A stretch of DNA of 64,000 nucleotides, from NCBI RefSeq assembly GCF_006345805.1, contig NC_043000.1, forward strand, positions 34,162,001-34,226,000, read 5' to 3'. Within the stretch, counting starts at the first letter, position 1; each line of letters starts with the position of its first letter. The notes below the pieces were generated by a model. That model saw nothing but the letters and a program-made list of their open reading frames with translations. It did no database searches and was not told the DNA's origin. Origin of the DNA: Octopus sinensis (lineage: Eukaryota). The position numbers were made by a program, and so were the translations under genes. Positions 11,978-25,683 of the stretch are shown here, in pieces.

Positions 11978-12007
<30 letters not shown>
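11871..12007. repeat. (GAA)n/(GGA)n microsatellite at the end of the RTE element
   Basis: Direct reading. Confidence 0.95.
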
Positions 12008-12008
<1 letters not shown>

Positions 12009-12402
12009 GTTAAAGCGGATTTCTATTTTAGTCCCAATTCCAGCACTTGCTGAAGTGTGATGTAGGCCGACCCCCGCATATGATTGGTTGCTTTATTTTA
12101 TTGACGCCAAAAGAATGAAAAGTTAAGTGGATCTCGGCCGGATTTGAACTCAAAACATAACGATCTGAAACAAATAGCACAAAGCCCTTTTCCTGACATT
12201 CAAACTTGAGAATGACGTCATGCAACAACTGGATGATTAAACCCTGTAATCAATGGGGAGATCATTATGCGTCTGTGTGTGTGTGTGTGTGTGTGTACGT
12301 GCATTCTCATACACACAGGTATATATTTACATGCATACATACATATACAGATACACACATACAAACACACATGCACATATATCCATTTATACACACACAC
12401 AC

Positions 12403-12436
<34 letters not shown>

Positions 12437-13105
12437 GTGTGTGTATGTATGTATGTATGTATGTATGTATGTATGTATGTATGTTTGTGGTCGGTGCCTG
12501 ACACTTGTATACAAATAGTTTCCTAGTCGAATAAAAAATATATTTAAGCTGAAATCCTTAAAAATGTGGCCAAAATAAATTCTTCCTGAAATGGAAATTT
12601 AGACCTATTTTTACCAACAGAATTTGTCTTCGAAACAAACTTCCATTTATTCAATCAAGAAAACTATTTAAAAGTCATCAGATTATTAGTGTTAAGGGAA
12701 ATAAGAGTTATTTGGAATCTGGATCCAGTTGGAAGCTGGGTATTTGGAGCAGAAACAAAGAATCCGGCATAGATGGAGGTGGCAAAAAATCCCAAATTAT
12801 ATTTAATTTGCTTTGCGGGAAGGACTGTTTCAACGAAGTTGCGTCTTGTCTTACCTTCGAAACGTGGAGTAGACGAAACAGGGACAACTGAAGTAGGGGA
12901 ATATTCCTTGTGTTGTATGTCTCATTTCTCTGTTTGTTTTTTTCGTTGTTCGAAAAAAGTTCGTTTCTATGTTATGTTTTTTTATGTTTTCGTTTCTCTT
13001 GTATTCAACGTCTTTTTGATGTCCTGTACCGATATATGCATGTATATATACATATATATATGTAGGTATGTACATATATGTATATATGCATATATTTATA
13101 TAATT

Positions 13106-13150
<45 letters not shown>

Positions 13151-13184
13151 CTTTATGTGTAGTTCTCTTGGTCTATCTCTGTAT

Positions 13185-13580
13185 ACTCTTTTACTTGTTT
13201 CAATCATTTGACTGCGGCCATGCTGGAGCACCGCCTTTAGTCGAACAAATCGACCCCGGGACTTATTCTTTGTAAGCCCAGTACTTATTCTATCGGTCTC
13301 TTTTGCCGAACCGCTAAGTGACGGGGACGTAAACACACCAGCATCGGTTGTCAAGCAATGCTAGGGGGACAAACACATACACACAAACACACATATATAT
13401 ATATATACATATATACGACAGGCTTCGTTCAGTTTCCGTCTACCAAATCCACTCACAAGGCATTGGTCGGCCCGGGGCTATAGCAGAAGACACTTGCCCA
13501 AGATGCCACGCAGTGGGACTGAACCTGGTACCATGTGGTTGGTTAGCAAGCTACTTACCACACAGCCACTCCTGCGCCTA
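13185..13580 (-). mobile_element. SINE family A, full length
   Basis: Reverse complement of both the head and the tail of 488-875. Confidence 0.9.
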
Positions 13581-14088
13581 TCTATATATAATCTCTATAT
13601 AATCTATAAAATAGGCGATGTACTCGAATTATCATCAATATAAGCATCTATTGCAAATTCTAAACCCCGCCCCTACATTCTGCTATATCCATCAATTATC
13701 AAAATTGTTTAAATACTTCAAGAACGCGTTTTTGAACAAACCTATAAGGATTTCCAATCTCTTTCGTAAATTGTTAAAGACACTGACTCAAGTCTCCAGT
13801 TTGAAGTTTACTTCCTTCTTCGTCTTTTTCCTCGAAAGACCTGAAAAATATAAAGTGTCATGGCTGCTGTCCCCACCCACTCCCGGGTAAATCTTTATGA
13901 CTTAAATATAACGAGGAAAATATTTTTGGAAAGCAGGAGAGAAATTTTTGCAAGGGAAGTAACTCTTGCAATAAATATTTTCTGAAAGAGTTGCTTACCT
14001 TGAACATTCCCTTAAAACTATAATATTGTAATAATAAATCTCTGAACGAGGTATAAACAGTAACTGCACGACAATGTGAAGTATATTT

Positions 14089-14212
14089 GCCATCTAAATG
14101 TGGCTAACCACTAAGGGTGGATGTTACTGTAGCTTCAGCTGGTGAAGATGTTCTCCTGGGGCTACAAGCTACAGTAACATCCACCATTAATAGTTAGCCA
14201 CATTTAGATGGC
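14089..14212. repeat. Inverted repeat with arms of about 50 bp (MITE-like or snap-back)
   Basis: GCCATCTAAATGTGGCTAAC...GGTGGATGTTACTGTAGCTT is mirrored at 14161-14212. Confidence 0.85.
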
Positions 14213-14590
14213 TAGAAAAACGACGACGCCGTGGTGATTTCATTCTTGCTCACAACATCATAAGCGGAAAGTGTAACCTCTCGAAAGAGCTGTTCTTCAC
14301 TCCTACTCCAGAGCGTCAGCTGCGGGGTCACTCCGAAAAGCTCTATCTACGACGATTTCATCTCAATCGAAGGAGAGGGGCTTTCTCCATCCGGGTTGCG
14401 GATCTGTAGAATAAGCTGCCCGACGAAATAGTGAAGATGCCGACGACTACTCGGTTCAAAGTCTCTCTTGACCAGAAATGGCCTGAACTCTTTGCATGAA
14501 CACCCTCCCGGTACATAACTCCATATTCCCCCGACATGGCTTTGCTTTTTGCTTTTTGAGCCAAAAGCTTAAGTTAAGTTAACTTTACTT
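14213..14590 (+). mobile_element. CR1-clade LINE 3' fragment
   Basis: LEKRRRRGDFILAHNII...LRGHSEKLY.RRFHLNRRRGAFSIRVADL*NKLPDEIV...FKVSLD is the typical CR1 RT C-terminus. It is followed by a short TTAAG-type tail. Confidence 0.85.
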
Positions 14591-16179
14591 AACTTAAATA
14601 TACTTCACATATAATTTTGTAAATATTTTGTATTTTTAATCAGTTAACAACCATTAACGTGACTCAAACCGTAAGAGTTTCGTGTATGACACTTAATCAC
14701 TTTTGATAAATGATGTGCACGAAATTCTCGATCGTTGAGTTACTCCTGTAACTTTTTGCCGATTAAAAATATAAAAAAAATATACATGGAAGTTAGTGAA
14801 TGATCACATTTTTCCTTAACTGGGCCTTACCCACGCACGCACACATAAACCCACATCCATCCAAATGCACACACATTCACACACAATAAACAAAATATAC
14901 GAGAAAATCGAAATGGACAAAGCTATAAATAGGATGATTATATTTCATATTATTATATAAGTATTAAAACATGGAGATGTATTTTACCTGGGAAATATTC
15001 TTGTGACTACTAAATAATAGTGAAATGGATGGAATAGCTTCTTTGTGGAAATGACGTCACATGTTACAATTAGCACTGTTATGATGACGTCACAAACCTG
15101 CTCGATATAAAAATTTGGCTGAATGTAACAAAAAAAGTTTATCTAGGTTTAACGAGAAAAGAGTAAAATCTGTTTAAAATTAGTGCCAGAGTCGTTTGAA
15201 GGTGGTGAGGTGACAGAATGGCTAGAGTGTCGGCGGAGGAAGAATGACTGATGGCAATTTTTATTTGTTCCAAACCTTCCGATGTCAACTTTGCCTTTTA
15301 TCCTTCTTGAGGTCAATTTTTCACTTAGAATCGTCTATTTTGTGTGACGAAAAATATAAAAGATCCTTCCACGCGCCCTTCTCTCTTGAAATGAAAAAAA
15401 CAGAGATGAGCGAAGGGTTTAGGAACCGTCTTAAAACACAACTAAAATACTGGAACCGACAAAACACAGACCGATGTTGGTTCTATCATGGGACAGCGAA
15501 GAAAGCAATATAGAATATATCATTAAACATTGATTTTGCCCTGAAAAATAGTATTGAAAACAAATTATGTTTCCATGGATAAAGTAAAGTAGTTTTAATA
15601 CCAAATGGAAACTAGATTTTCACACGGGTCGTTTTTTTCTTCTCCCCCCTCCCTATAATAAAATCGTTTTCTGTTTTCCAGTGTGAAGCGTGGTGCAACG
15701 ATAAAAGTTTCGAAACCAATGATACTGAAGAACAAACGATGTGTGCATTTTATAAATGTTACCCATAGCGATATTTTAATGCGAGGCTATTTCAGTTGCT
15801 TTTTTTTAACCTGGTTAACTTTCACACAAATCAATAAATTCTTTGTTTAATGATTTCTATATCTGATTTCTAACAAGCATCTTCGGCTTGGTTCAGAACA
15901 TGCAAATTACTTGTCACTGAGGAGAGTAAATCTGGTCGAAACATAGGTTTCTGGCGATTCTCTGCTGTTCTGAGCTTGTGATATAAAAATCTCTTCAAGA
16001 TGTCTCTCTCATACAAAATATTTCAGCAAGTGCCGCGCCATGCTTGTATAGACGTTGCGAATGTTATACACGCTGGTGTTTTCATTAAGGCGTTCTCAAA
16101 TGCATCTATTAAAAACATATAAACATTCATTCATACATGAATTCATACATATTTACAGCCATGCATTCTAACAAATATA

Positions 16180-16369
16180 TACATCCATCCATACACCCAT
16201 GCATGCATGCATCCATCCATCTATACTTACATGCATACACACACGCATACATACATACATACATACATACATACATACATACATACATACACGCATACAT
16301 ACACATACATACATACATACATACATACATACATACATACATACATACATACATACATACATACATACA

Positions 16370-16403
<34 letters not shown>

Positions 16404-16901
16404 CATACGTACATACACACACACACACACATACATACACACACATACATACATACATACATACTTACATACATATACAACCACTCTCACATACATACAT
16501 ACATACATACACCACTCTCACATACATACATACATACATACATACATACATACATACACCACTCTCACACACATACATACATAGATAGATAGATAGATAC
16601 ATACATGCACACATACATACATACACACATACACACATACATACATGCATACATACATACATACACACATACATACATACACACATACATACATACATAC
16701 ATACATACATACATACATACATAAATACATACATACACACATACATACATACATACATACATACATACATACATACATACATACATACATACATACATAC
16801 ATACACACACGCATACATACATACATACATAAATACATACATAAATACATACATACATACATACATACATACATACATACATACATACATACATACATAC
16901 A
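16180..16901. repeat. Long compound (TACA)n microsatellite forming the RTE tail
   Basis: Direct reading; it abuts the 3' end of the RTE fragment at 16902. Confidence 0.95.
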
Positions 16902-17345
16902 TTATGGCTGCCCCCTCGTTATCGTGTATAGCCATTGCACGAAGCTTAACTGTTATCGAATGTGACTTTTTTTAGCCCAGCTAAAGATCTACAATGTCTT
17001 GTACAAAATTGGCAACTAAAACCTTTACTGGTAATAGCCGGCTGTAGTTGTAACTGGGATTCATGTACCTTTGCATGTCGTTTAAGTCCTCCTGCCGAAT
17101 TACACTCTCTTCCACATGCCCGACAGATATGATTAGTATTGTGTGTTACACCACCACCAGTGGCCAGGTTGTCACTCATCTGTCTCGCTTTATGACCACG
17201 AAGATGACTCTTGAGTCCAGCTTTACTGAGGCAGGGTCTTGCACAGACATTGCATGTCAGCATCAAAGGAAGACCCTTCCCTTCTGGAAGTGTAACAGCG
17301 ATGCCCTTCCTGACATCCCTCCTTACTTTCTCATGTGCAAATTTA
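16902..17345 (-). mobile_element. RTE-type LINE 3' end encoding three C2H2 zinc fingers
   Basis: CNVCARPCLSKAGLKSHLRGH, CRACGRECNSAGGLKRHAKVH and CQFCTRHCRSLAGLK (frameshift in an A-run), then a 3' UTR ending ...GAGGGGGCAGCCAT(AATGT) and an (ATGT)n tail. Confidence 0.75.
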
Positions 17346-17914
17346 AAGTATAAAATCAAGAAATACGCACAAAAAATTGGAATTTAAAACGGTTCTTATA
17401 TATAGTTAAGAACATCCCCATAAGTCTACACAGATAGTTCGTGGAAACCTTTATCGACAAAACTGTCGCGTCTGGAAATCCTTTCTTCATCAAATTTCCC
17501 AACAGTTATCAATTTACAGACCCTGAAACTTTGGATGAATTTAATCCTTCTCACAACCAATCATTGTTAGGAACCATACATGTGTTACCACCAATATTTT
17601 CCCAGACACGCAACAAACCATGTCAAAGAATGTTTTAAATATATAATTAGTAATTAGTGTATTACTGCAGTAATTAGTGCATTAATCAACCCGCATAATT
17701 ACAAAATTATATCATTATTTCAGGTTAAACTTCTTGTATGCTAATGAATTGATACGCTGATAGCAAAGCATCTGCACTAATAAGCGCCGAGAAAAACGTT
17801 TCGGGTTACGTAAATACCGGCATACGTCACAGATACATAACTTCATCAATAAAAAATATATTTAGAGAAAATAAACAAACAAAAAAAAAGTGGCGAAGGA
17901 AACTTTCGTTTCTA

Positions 17915-18292
17915 CTCCAGGCACAAGGTCCGAAATTCTTTTGGTAGGAGGGGGCCAGTTAATTAGATTGACCCCAGTGCGTAACTGGTACTTATTTAAT
18001 CGACCCCGAAAGGATGAAAGGCAAAGTCGACCTCGGCGGAATTTGAACTCAGAACGTAAAGGCAGACGAAATACCTATTTCTTTACTACCCACTAGGACA
18101 AACAAGGACAGACAAACGGATTAAGTCGATTATATCGACCCCAGTGCGTAACTGGTACTTAATTTATCGACACCGAAAGGATGAAAGGCAAAGTCGACCT
18201 CGGCGGAATTTAAACTCAGAGCGCAGCGGCAGACAAAACACTGCTAAGCATTCCGCCCGGCGCGCTAACGCTTCTGTCAGCTTGCCGTCTTA
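17915..18292 (-). mobile_element. SINE family B, internally duplicated (dimeric) form
   Basis: Two successive reverse-complement units of TTCTGAGTTCAAATTCCGCCGAGGTCGACTTTGCCTTTCATCCTTTCGG..TCGAT..GTACCAG. Confidence 0.88.
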
Positions 18293-19616
18293 GGAAACTT
18301 GATCACAAAAATCTTTATTTTACTGACAAAAGAATTATTTGCTTTCCAGGGGAAATAACTTCTGGAAAAAGTTAAATAAATTACCTCCCTTTTACTTACA
18401 ATTTTCTTTAACTGATTCCCATTTTTGTCCTGAATACATTTTCCGCCACAAAATTAACAAATAAAAGAATACACAAATAAAATATTGTTTTAGTGATTGT
18501 TTAACAAATAGAATCTAATCGGACAATTCTATAAGTAAGTCTTTACTCCATTGATCCTTCTCTAATACACCATTGGCAGAACCATAACAGAACTGCTCAA
18601 ATCTCGCCGATGTCAGATTTGCCTTTCATCCCGCTGAGATCGATGATATAAAGTACCAGTCATGTACTAGGCTCCATTTAAGCAACGAAGCCATCGCCTC
18701 AAAATAATTGGCATTGTAACTAAATGTGAGAATAAATTCGTCACTCACGAGGTATTTAGTCGCCACGGCTTTATCGATCTGCTTGTCGTGTTCCAGATCC
18801 TTGAAACTACAAAAATAATTATAATGGGGGAAGGAGATACTTCATAGGTATCATAAACTGTCCAATTCCATTATATACTCCTCAAGTGCCGCCTCGTGAC
18901 GACACGGAACAACATAAAGGCACACTTGCTGAGACACGAGAAGCACACCTGCCGAGTCACGAGAAGCACCGTTGCCGAGTCGCGGGTGGAACACACTGCC
19001 AAGACTCCACTCCTCCGGCAGATGGTTGTAGTTTTCTAAACTATGTCTGTATACATGTCAAATAAAATCGGACCGATAAAGTACCAGTCACATACTGCGG
19101 TTAATTCTTCTTTCTCTCTCTCCCTCTTTTCTTTCACACACACACACACTCTCTCTCACTTTCTATCCTTTCTTTCTTTCTCTCCTTTTTTTGCTTGTTT
19201 ATTTCCTTCATTCTTTCCCACCTGCTTTTCTCTTTTTCTCTGAAGAAAATCGTCAACGTTCAGACAGTGGGAGAAGTTTAAGATTCTCAAGACAAAACCC
19301 CGATATCACAACACCATCAAGTGGTGAGGGCCTAAATGAAGAAGATAAGGTTGAACTTGATATTACACTTAAATTATAAAATAGAGGAAACAAGAAAGGG
19401 AGAAAGAAAGAGAGAGAGAGAGAGAAGAAGAAGAAGGGAGAGGAATAGGTTCGAACCAGAGGCAGTGCTGAGGGGATATGAATTCATGACATTGGGTCTC
19501 GTGGATCTGACGTCATCAGCTTCATCTAATCGAGCATTGTCTAGGTCAATCTTGACCTTGTAAGTACATTAGATGTGAGTACATCTAATGTACAAAATAA
19601 AATAAAACGTTATACA

Positions 19617-19662
<46 letters not shown>

Positions 19663-19764
19663 TGATGATGAGGAGGAGGAAGAGGAGGAAGAGGAAGAGG
19701 AGGATAAATATCAATACCAATAGCAATAATGATAATACGAAAAAGAAAAGAAATAGAAAAAGGA

Positions 19765-19803
<39 letters not shown>

Positions 19804-19832
19804 GCAGGCAGGCAGGAAGGAAGGAAGGATAC

Positions 19833-20230
19833 TACGAGGTGGTGTCTAAAAGTTCCCTGACTAATTCTGTAGCGCGCCAACAGATGACAGCACACTGTTG
19901 CGTGTGCAGTGAGAGCTAGCAGTAACCTTCATCAGGCAGTGTGCCGAGTGATATGGCTGTGTTTACTTTGCAAGTTGTGAAATTTGTATTTTGTGATCCC
20001 GTGTATGTTGTAGTCTGTGATTTTGTCATCGATAGGAATTTAGAACAAAGATCCAACGTAAAATTTTGTGTTAAACTTGGGAAGTCTGCTACAGAGTCAT
20101 TAAGCATTCTTCGACAAGTTTATGGTGACGAAGAAATGGGTCATACGCAAGGATTCGAGTGGCACGGGCGCCGCTTCAAAAGCAGAAGAACGTCCTTAGA
20201 AAACGATGAGCGATCTGGAAGCCCTGTCAC
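19833..20230 (+). mobile_element. mariner/Tc1 transposon 5' fragment (left TIR + N-terminal HTH)
   Basis: TA|CGAGGTGGTGTCTAAAAGTTCC terminus. Peptide EQRSNVKFCVKLGKSATES..ILRQVYGDE.M...F.W..RFK..RTSLEND.RSG.P is the mariner transposase DNA-binding region. Confidence 0.85.
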
Positions 20231-20399
20231 GACTGTCATCCCGTTTAAAACAAACTTTTTTTTTTTTAGACATCCACTAGTACAACACAAAAAACAACCA
20301 AATATATGGCACACTAGGCATAACAACAACGTGAACTTCCAACCTGTTGTCTCTTGAGACTTGGAGCCAACTTGTACAAATATAAAGCAAAAGTCAAAC

Positions 20400-20400
<1 letters not shown>

Positions 20401-20468
<68 letters not shown>

Positions 20469-20476
20469 TAATAATG

Positions 20477-20553
<77 letters not shown>

Positions 20554-20600
20554 AATAATAATAATAATAATAATGATAATAAGAATAATAATAATAACAA
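20401..20600. repeat. (TAA)n/(TGA)n microsatellite, 5' flank of the Dong-like element
   Basis: Direct reading. Confidence 0.95.
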
Positions 20601-20601
20601 C

Positions 20602-23600
20602 AACACCGGGGACGTTTAACAAGGAACACCGGGGACGTTTAACATGTGAGAGCGATAAAACAGTGCTCCGAAATCTATCCACAAACATCGGAGACAAAGA
20701 CATCGCATGGAGCAAAAAAATAACTGACAAAGTTATATCCGAGTTAGTAAAACTCATTGAAATTTATTACTATTTTCCAAACGAAATTATGTATTTTAAC
20801 TCGATATCATCTCCACCTCTAACACAACACATGTAAACATACGTGATACATTACGATCCATCAACACCAGATCATCCCCGACCCCAAACACCATGTACAA
20901 AGAAACTACGAAGAAATTAAATACCACCGATATTATTCAACCCAAGAATAACAATCGGGAAGTGTGTACTTTGAACCTGTTACACAGGAAGTACGAAAAG
21001 CTACACGTGCAAAACAATGTGACAACAGAAATTAACGGACCGGTACCCTACGAAAATGACGACCGTCAATATAATGGGCCGGACGTTGTTCCTCATGTCC
21101 CGCAAATAAAACCCAAAAGACATAAATGGACACGTGAGGAATACATTTCAATCCTACACGCTTACTTTACAGCAGTGCTCTACCCAAAGAACGAAAACAC
21201 AATATATGCATGTAAAATATGGAAGAAAAATAACATAAATAAAGACTTGGATACAGCAATGAACCCTAATAATCTAGCTAACGTACGCAAAAAAATATCA
21301 GAAATAGAAATAGAACATGTAAAAGAAAAAATACACCAGGAAAATGTAGATAGAAGCCACACAACAATGCCAAATAATATGAACACTGAGATAGTAAAAC
21401 ACGAAGACAAACGTAACATTCCCAACAAAAACGATGTAAACAAAAAACAAAACCAGACCGTAAGGATGCATAATAATTCACAACAAGCAGCAAGCCAAAA
21501 CGCTACAGACAAACATAAGGATGAGAAAGAAAGCGACACAAATCTAAAACCTGGAAACAACGAAGGGGAGCCTAATGATTATGATACTATAAAAAGTAGA
21601 ATAATCAAAGAACTGAAAAACACAGATCGCAAGATGGACCACCGACCATACCTCCCAAAAATCAAAAGAGACAAAACAACAACATCAATTATAAACAGCA
21701 TAAACCTAGCCGTCACAGAACTAATAGCCACTGAAACAAATAGCGATATCACTGAGCTAAATGACTTAGTATATGCAGCAGCCACTGCAGCCACAAAATA
21801 AGCTGGATACTCCCTCAAACCCATCCAAACAGGAGTTCCACCACCCAAACAAACCCTGTGGATAAATAACATCCAAAAGAAAATACCAAAAATGAGAAAA
21901 GATCTGTCGATTCTTAACGAAATCAGTGGACAATCAACGTTACTAAGCAGCAAAAAGAAAACAAAAATACTGTGCAAATACAACATCACAGAAAAAGATT
22001 TACCTGAGATAAAAGAAAAGCAAAAGCAAGATATCCTTGCCAAAGCACAAAGGATCCGCCGGTATGAGAAACGCCAACGTTTCTTTGAACAAAACAAACA
22101 GTTCAACTCCAACTCCAAAAAGTTCTACCAAGAACTTGGCAAAAATAAAATAGACATCACTGCAGCACCAACGGCAGAAGAAGTGGAAGAATTCTGGAAA
22201 GGAATATGGTCGGCGAATGAACAACCAAAAAAAAGGAGTATTAAAACAACAAACATAGCATCTGAGCAACTTTGGATCCCCATAACAACTGAAGAGGTCA
22301 CCCAGGCACTGCAAAGACTAAGCAACTGGAAGGCACCTGGGCATGACAAGATCTCCAACTTCTGATTGTAATATCTACCAGGAATGCACAAAAAGCTGGC
22401 TGAAAACTTTAACAACATCCTGCAGAGCCAGAGACAGTGCCTGAATGGCTCACGAAGGCGAAAACCATCTTAATTCCCAAATCCAATGGGACAGCAAAAC
22501 CAGAAAACTACTGGCCTCTAACCTGTCTCCCTACAATGTACAAAGCATTTACTGCAGTAATATCAGAAATATTAAACAAGCACCTGGACGAAAACAATCT
22601 GTTTCCAGAAGAGCAGAAAGGATGCCGCAGAGGCTCATATGGCTGTAAAGATCAACTAATGATCAATAAAGCCATAACTGAAGACAGCCACAGAAAGAAG
22701 AAAGGCCTCAGTATGGCATGGATCGACTACAGAATGGCGTTTGATAGCATCCCCCACACATGGATCCTAGAAACACTAGCCATTAACAAAGTAGCACCAA
22801 CAATTATAAAATACATAGGATACTTTATGAATAAATGGCAAACAGTGATACTGCTCCAAACAAAAGGGGGACTCATGAAAACCAAAGCCATCCCCATTAG
22901 AAGAGGAATATTCCAGGGAGACACGTTCTCTCCACTTCTTTTCTGCTTGGCCTTGTCACCTCAATCTGATATGCTAAATAGAACTAGATGCGGATATAAA
23001 TGTTACGGCAAAACGATCAGCCACCTTTTATATATGGATGACTATACGCTACAAATGACAAACAGCTAGAAACACTACTAAAGACAGTTCGTGGATTTAC
23101 CAAAGAAATAGATATGAAATCTGGATTAGAAAAATGCGTCAAAGTAACCATGAAAAGAGGAAAACTAGTTAAGAGTAGCAATATCACACAAGATAAAACA
23201 AATGAAATAAAAGAATTAGACCAAACCCAAACTTACAAATACTTAGGAATCCATGAAGTAGATAAGACACAACACACACAAATGAAAGAGAAAATAAAAA
23301 AAGAATATTATAGACGAGTTAGATCAATACTAAAAACAGAGTTCAATGCTAAAAACAAGATAATAGGTATTAACACTTTAGCCGTCCCAGTTATAAGTTA
23401 CAGCTACAATATCCTTAACTGGACACTAAATGAACTGACCAAAATAGATAGGAAAACAAGAAAAATAATGACAGGATCTAGGATGCATCACCCAAAACCT
23501 GACATAGAAAGGTTATATATACAACGTATAGAAAATGTGGTAGAGGCCTTATACAGCTGGAAAACTACTATAAAATAACCACCATAGGACTGCAAAAATA

Positions 23601-24669
23601 TCTACTTCAGAAGGAAGGAAGACTGATACAAATAGCAGCAAAACACGAGAAAAACAAAAAAACTGTTCTCAGTATTTAAGGAAGCTGACAAATACAAACA
23701 AGAAATCATACCACCTAACAAATATGAAGAAGAAGAAGAAGAAGAAACAACAAAAGCTATAAAACAAATGAAATCCAAACTAAAACTAGAACAGCAACGA
23801 ACCATGATAAAACGATGGCAAGAAAAGCCCCTTCATACTGGACTAAACTAAATGCAAAAGAAATAGACAAAGAAAAATCCCAGCAATGGTTGAGAAGCTC
23901 AGGACTCCAAGCAGAGACAGAGGGATTTTTAATTGTAGCACAAGACCAAAGCCTCCCCACCAGAAATTACCAAAAACATGTAATGAAAAGAAATATAACA
24001 AATAACTGCAGAATATGTGGAGATGGACAAGAAACAATAAATCATATTATCTCTGGCTGCCCAGTCCTAGCTAAGAAGGAATATATTCACAGACACGATA
24101 GAGTTGGAACCTACATACACTGGAAGCTATACAAACATTATGGAATAACAACAGAAAAAAGATGGTATAGGCACACGCCAGAAAAGGTCACAGGAACCGA
24201 GGAAGCAATCATACTCTGGGATATGCCGATACACACAGATAGAGAAATAAAAGCCAACAGACCAGATATAGTTGTCAGAGATCATGAAGAAAAAAATGCT
24301 TTCTAATTGATGTATCAATACCAGCAGATGACAATGTGTCTCTAAAAGAAATGGAGAAAATTTCAAAATACAAAGACCTGGAAATAGAGGTAACCAGAAT
24401 GTGGAATCTAAAATCAGAAACAATTCCTATCATAATAGGTGCATTAGGCATGATAAAAAAAAATTCAGACAAATACATAGCAAAAACACCAGGACTTACA
24501 AACACATACAACATACAGAAAATTGCACTACTAGGCACTGCACACATCCTACGCAGAACACTTTCCATACAATAACCATCAGAGCATCACAACAAATCAC
24601 AGCATATACCCAAGGCACACAGAGCTGCGCTCGGCAGTGAAGTGAAAGCACGCTATAAAAATAAAACTA

Positions 24670-24672
<3 letters not shown>
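20602..24672 (+). mobile_element. R4/Dong-clade non-LTR retrotransposon, near full length (RT + CCHC + RLE)
   Basis: ORF from ATG 20893 to stop 24575, disrupted by a few stops and frameshifts. N-terminal RHKWTREE; RT motifs QKGCRRG, WIDYRMAFDS, RGIFQGDTFSP, HLLYMDD; CRICGDGQETINHIISGC; RHDRVG; RPDIVVRD..LIDVSIP..KYKDL. (TAA)n on both sides. Confidence 0.93.
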
Positions 24673-24756
<84 letters not shown>

Positions 24757-24757
<1 letters not shown>

Positions 24758-25683
24758 TTGGAAGTAAGAAGGTCAGGCATGTATAAGATGGAAGATTGGA
24801 AAGATAAAGCACTGTACAAGCACTTGAGAATGAATGAAACTGAAAATAGGTGGGTAAAGTAAAGAATGCATGGACATTTTCATAGGGCCTTTGAAGATAA
24901 GACAGACAGAGAAAAAAGATTGCTATAGATGACTAAAAGTGATTTAAAACCGGAAACGGAGGATCTACTCTGTGCTGCCCAAGAGCAAGCATTAAGAACC
25001 AGTTACATCAAATACAGAATAGACCACACATCAGAAAGTACAGAGTTTGTGAACAAAATGGTGAAACCGTATGGCATATTAACAGTCGATATACGCCACT
25101 AGCCCAGAAAGAATATAAAAGGCGTCAGGACAATATAGCAAGGATTGTCCATTGGACATTTTGCAACAAGTTTGGACTTCACTGAGCAAAAAAGTGGAAC
25201 GAACAAAAACCCGAAGGCAACATCGAAAATGATAATGCAAAGATCCTATGGGATTTTATGATTCAGTGCAACCATGAGATAGAGAATAGAAAACTAGACA
25301 TAGTTTTAATTGAGAAGAAAGCAAACGATGCTGGATCATAGATATAGCATGCCCAGCTGACAACAAGGTATGCGATAAGGAAGAAAGAAAAGTCGATAGA
25401 TATGACAGGTTAGCTTGGGAAGTTAAGCAGTTGTGGTCGCTGAAAAAGGTAGCAGTAGTATAAATAATTGTCGGAGCCCTGGGAACAGTGAGTAAAAATC
25501 TTGAGAAGTATATGAAACAAATAGGAGCTGAAATAGGGTGGAGTACTTGCAGAAAACAGTACTGCTTGGAACCATTCGAATACTTCGGATGGTGCTTGAA
25601 AAATAAGGGGTGTTACCTTAGTTCACTGGTAGTGAACAGCTGACACTGTAGTACATCTCCAGCGTCAGAAGCTGTGCAAAGGC

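Noticed and set aside
15917-15945. CTGAGGA...TCGAAAC hammerhead-like string
   Set aside because: Only 2 bp of stem II and no convincing stem I or III. At best a decayed relic.
16127-16935. Numerous long ORFs ([12 protein letters not shown], poly-I/N/L) here and throughout the window
   Set aside because: They are translations of di-, tri- and tetranucleotide microsatellites with no coding signal.
18784-19092. Possible solo LTR (TG...CA with AATAAA)
   Set aside because: The flanking 4-6 bp do not form a target-site duplication and there is no second copy in the window.
19480-19562. Minus-strand peptide KVKIDLDNARLDEADDVR resembling the intermediate-filament IDNARLAADDFR motif; plus-strand GTAAGT donor-like site
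   Set aside because: The similarity does not extend, there is no suitable acceptor on either strand, and the flanks are microsatellites. Likely chance.
20602-20892. HDV-like ribozyme expected in the 5' UTR of an R4-clade element
   Set aside because: I could not trace the nested double pseudoknot by eye. A descriptor search would be needed.
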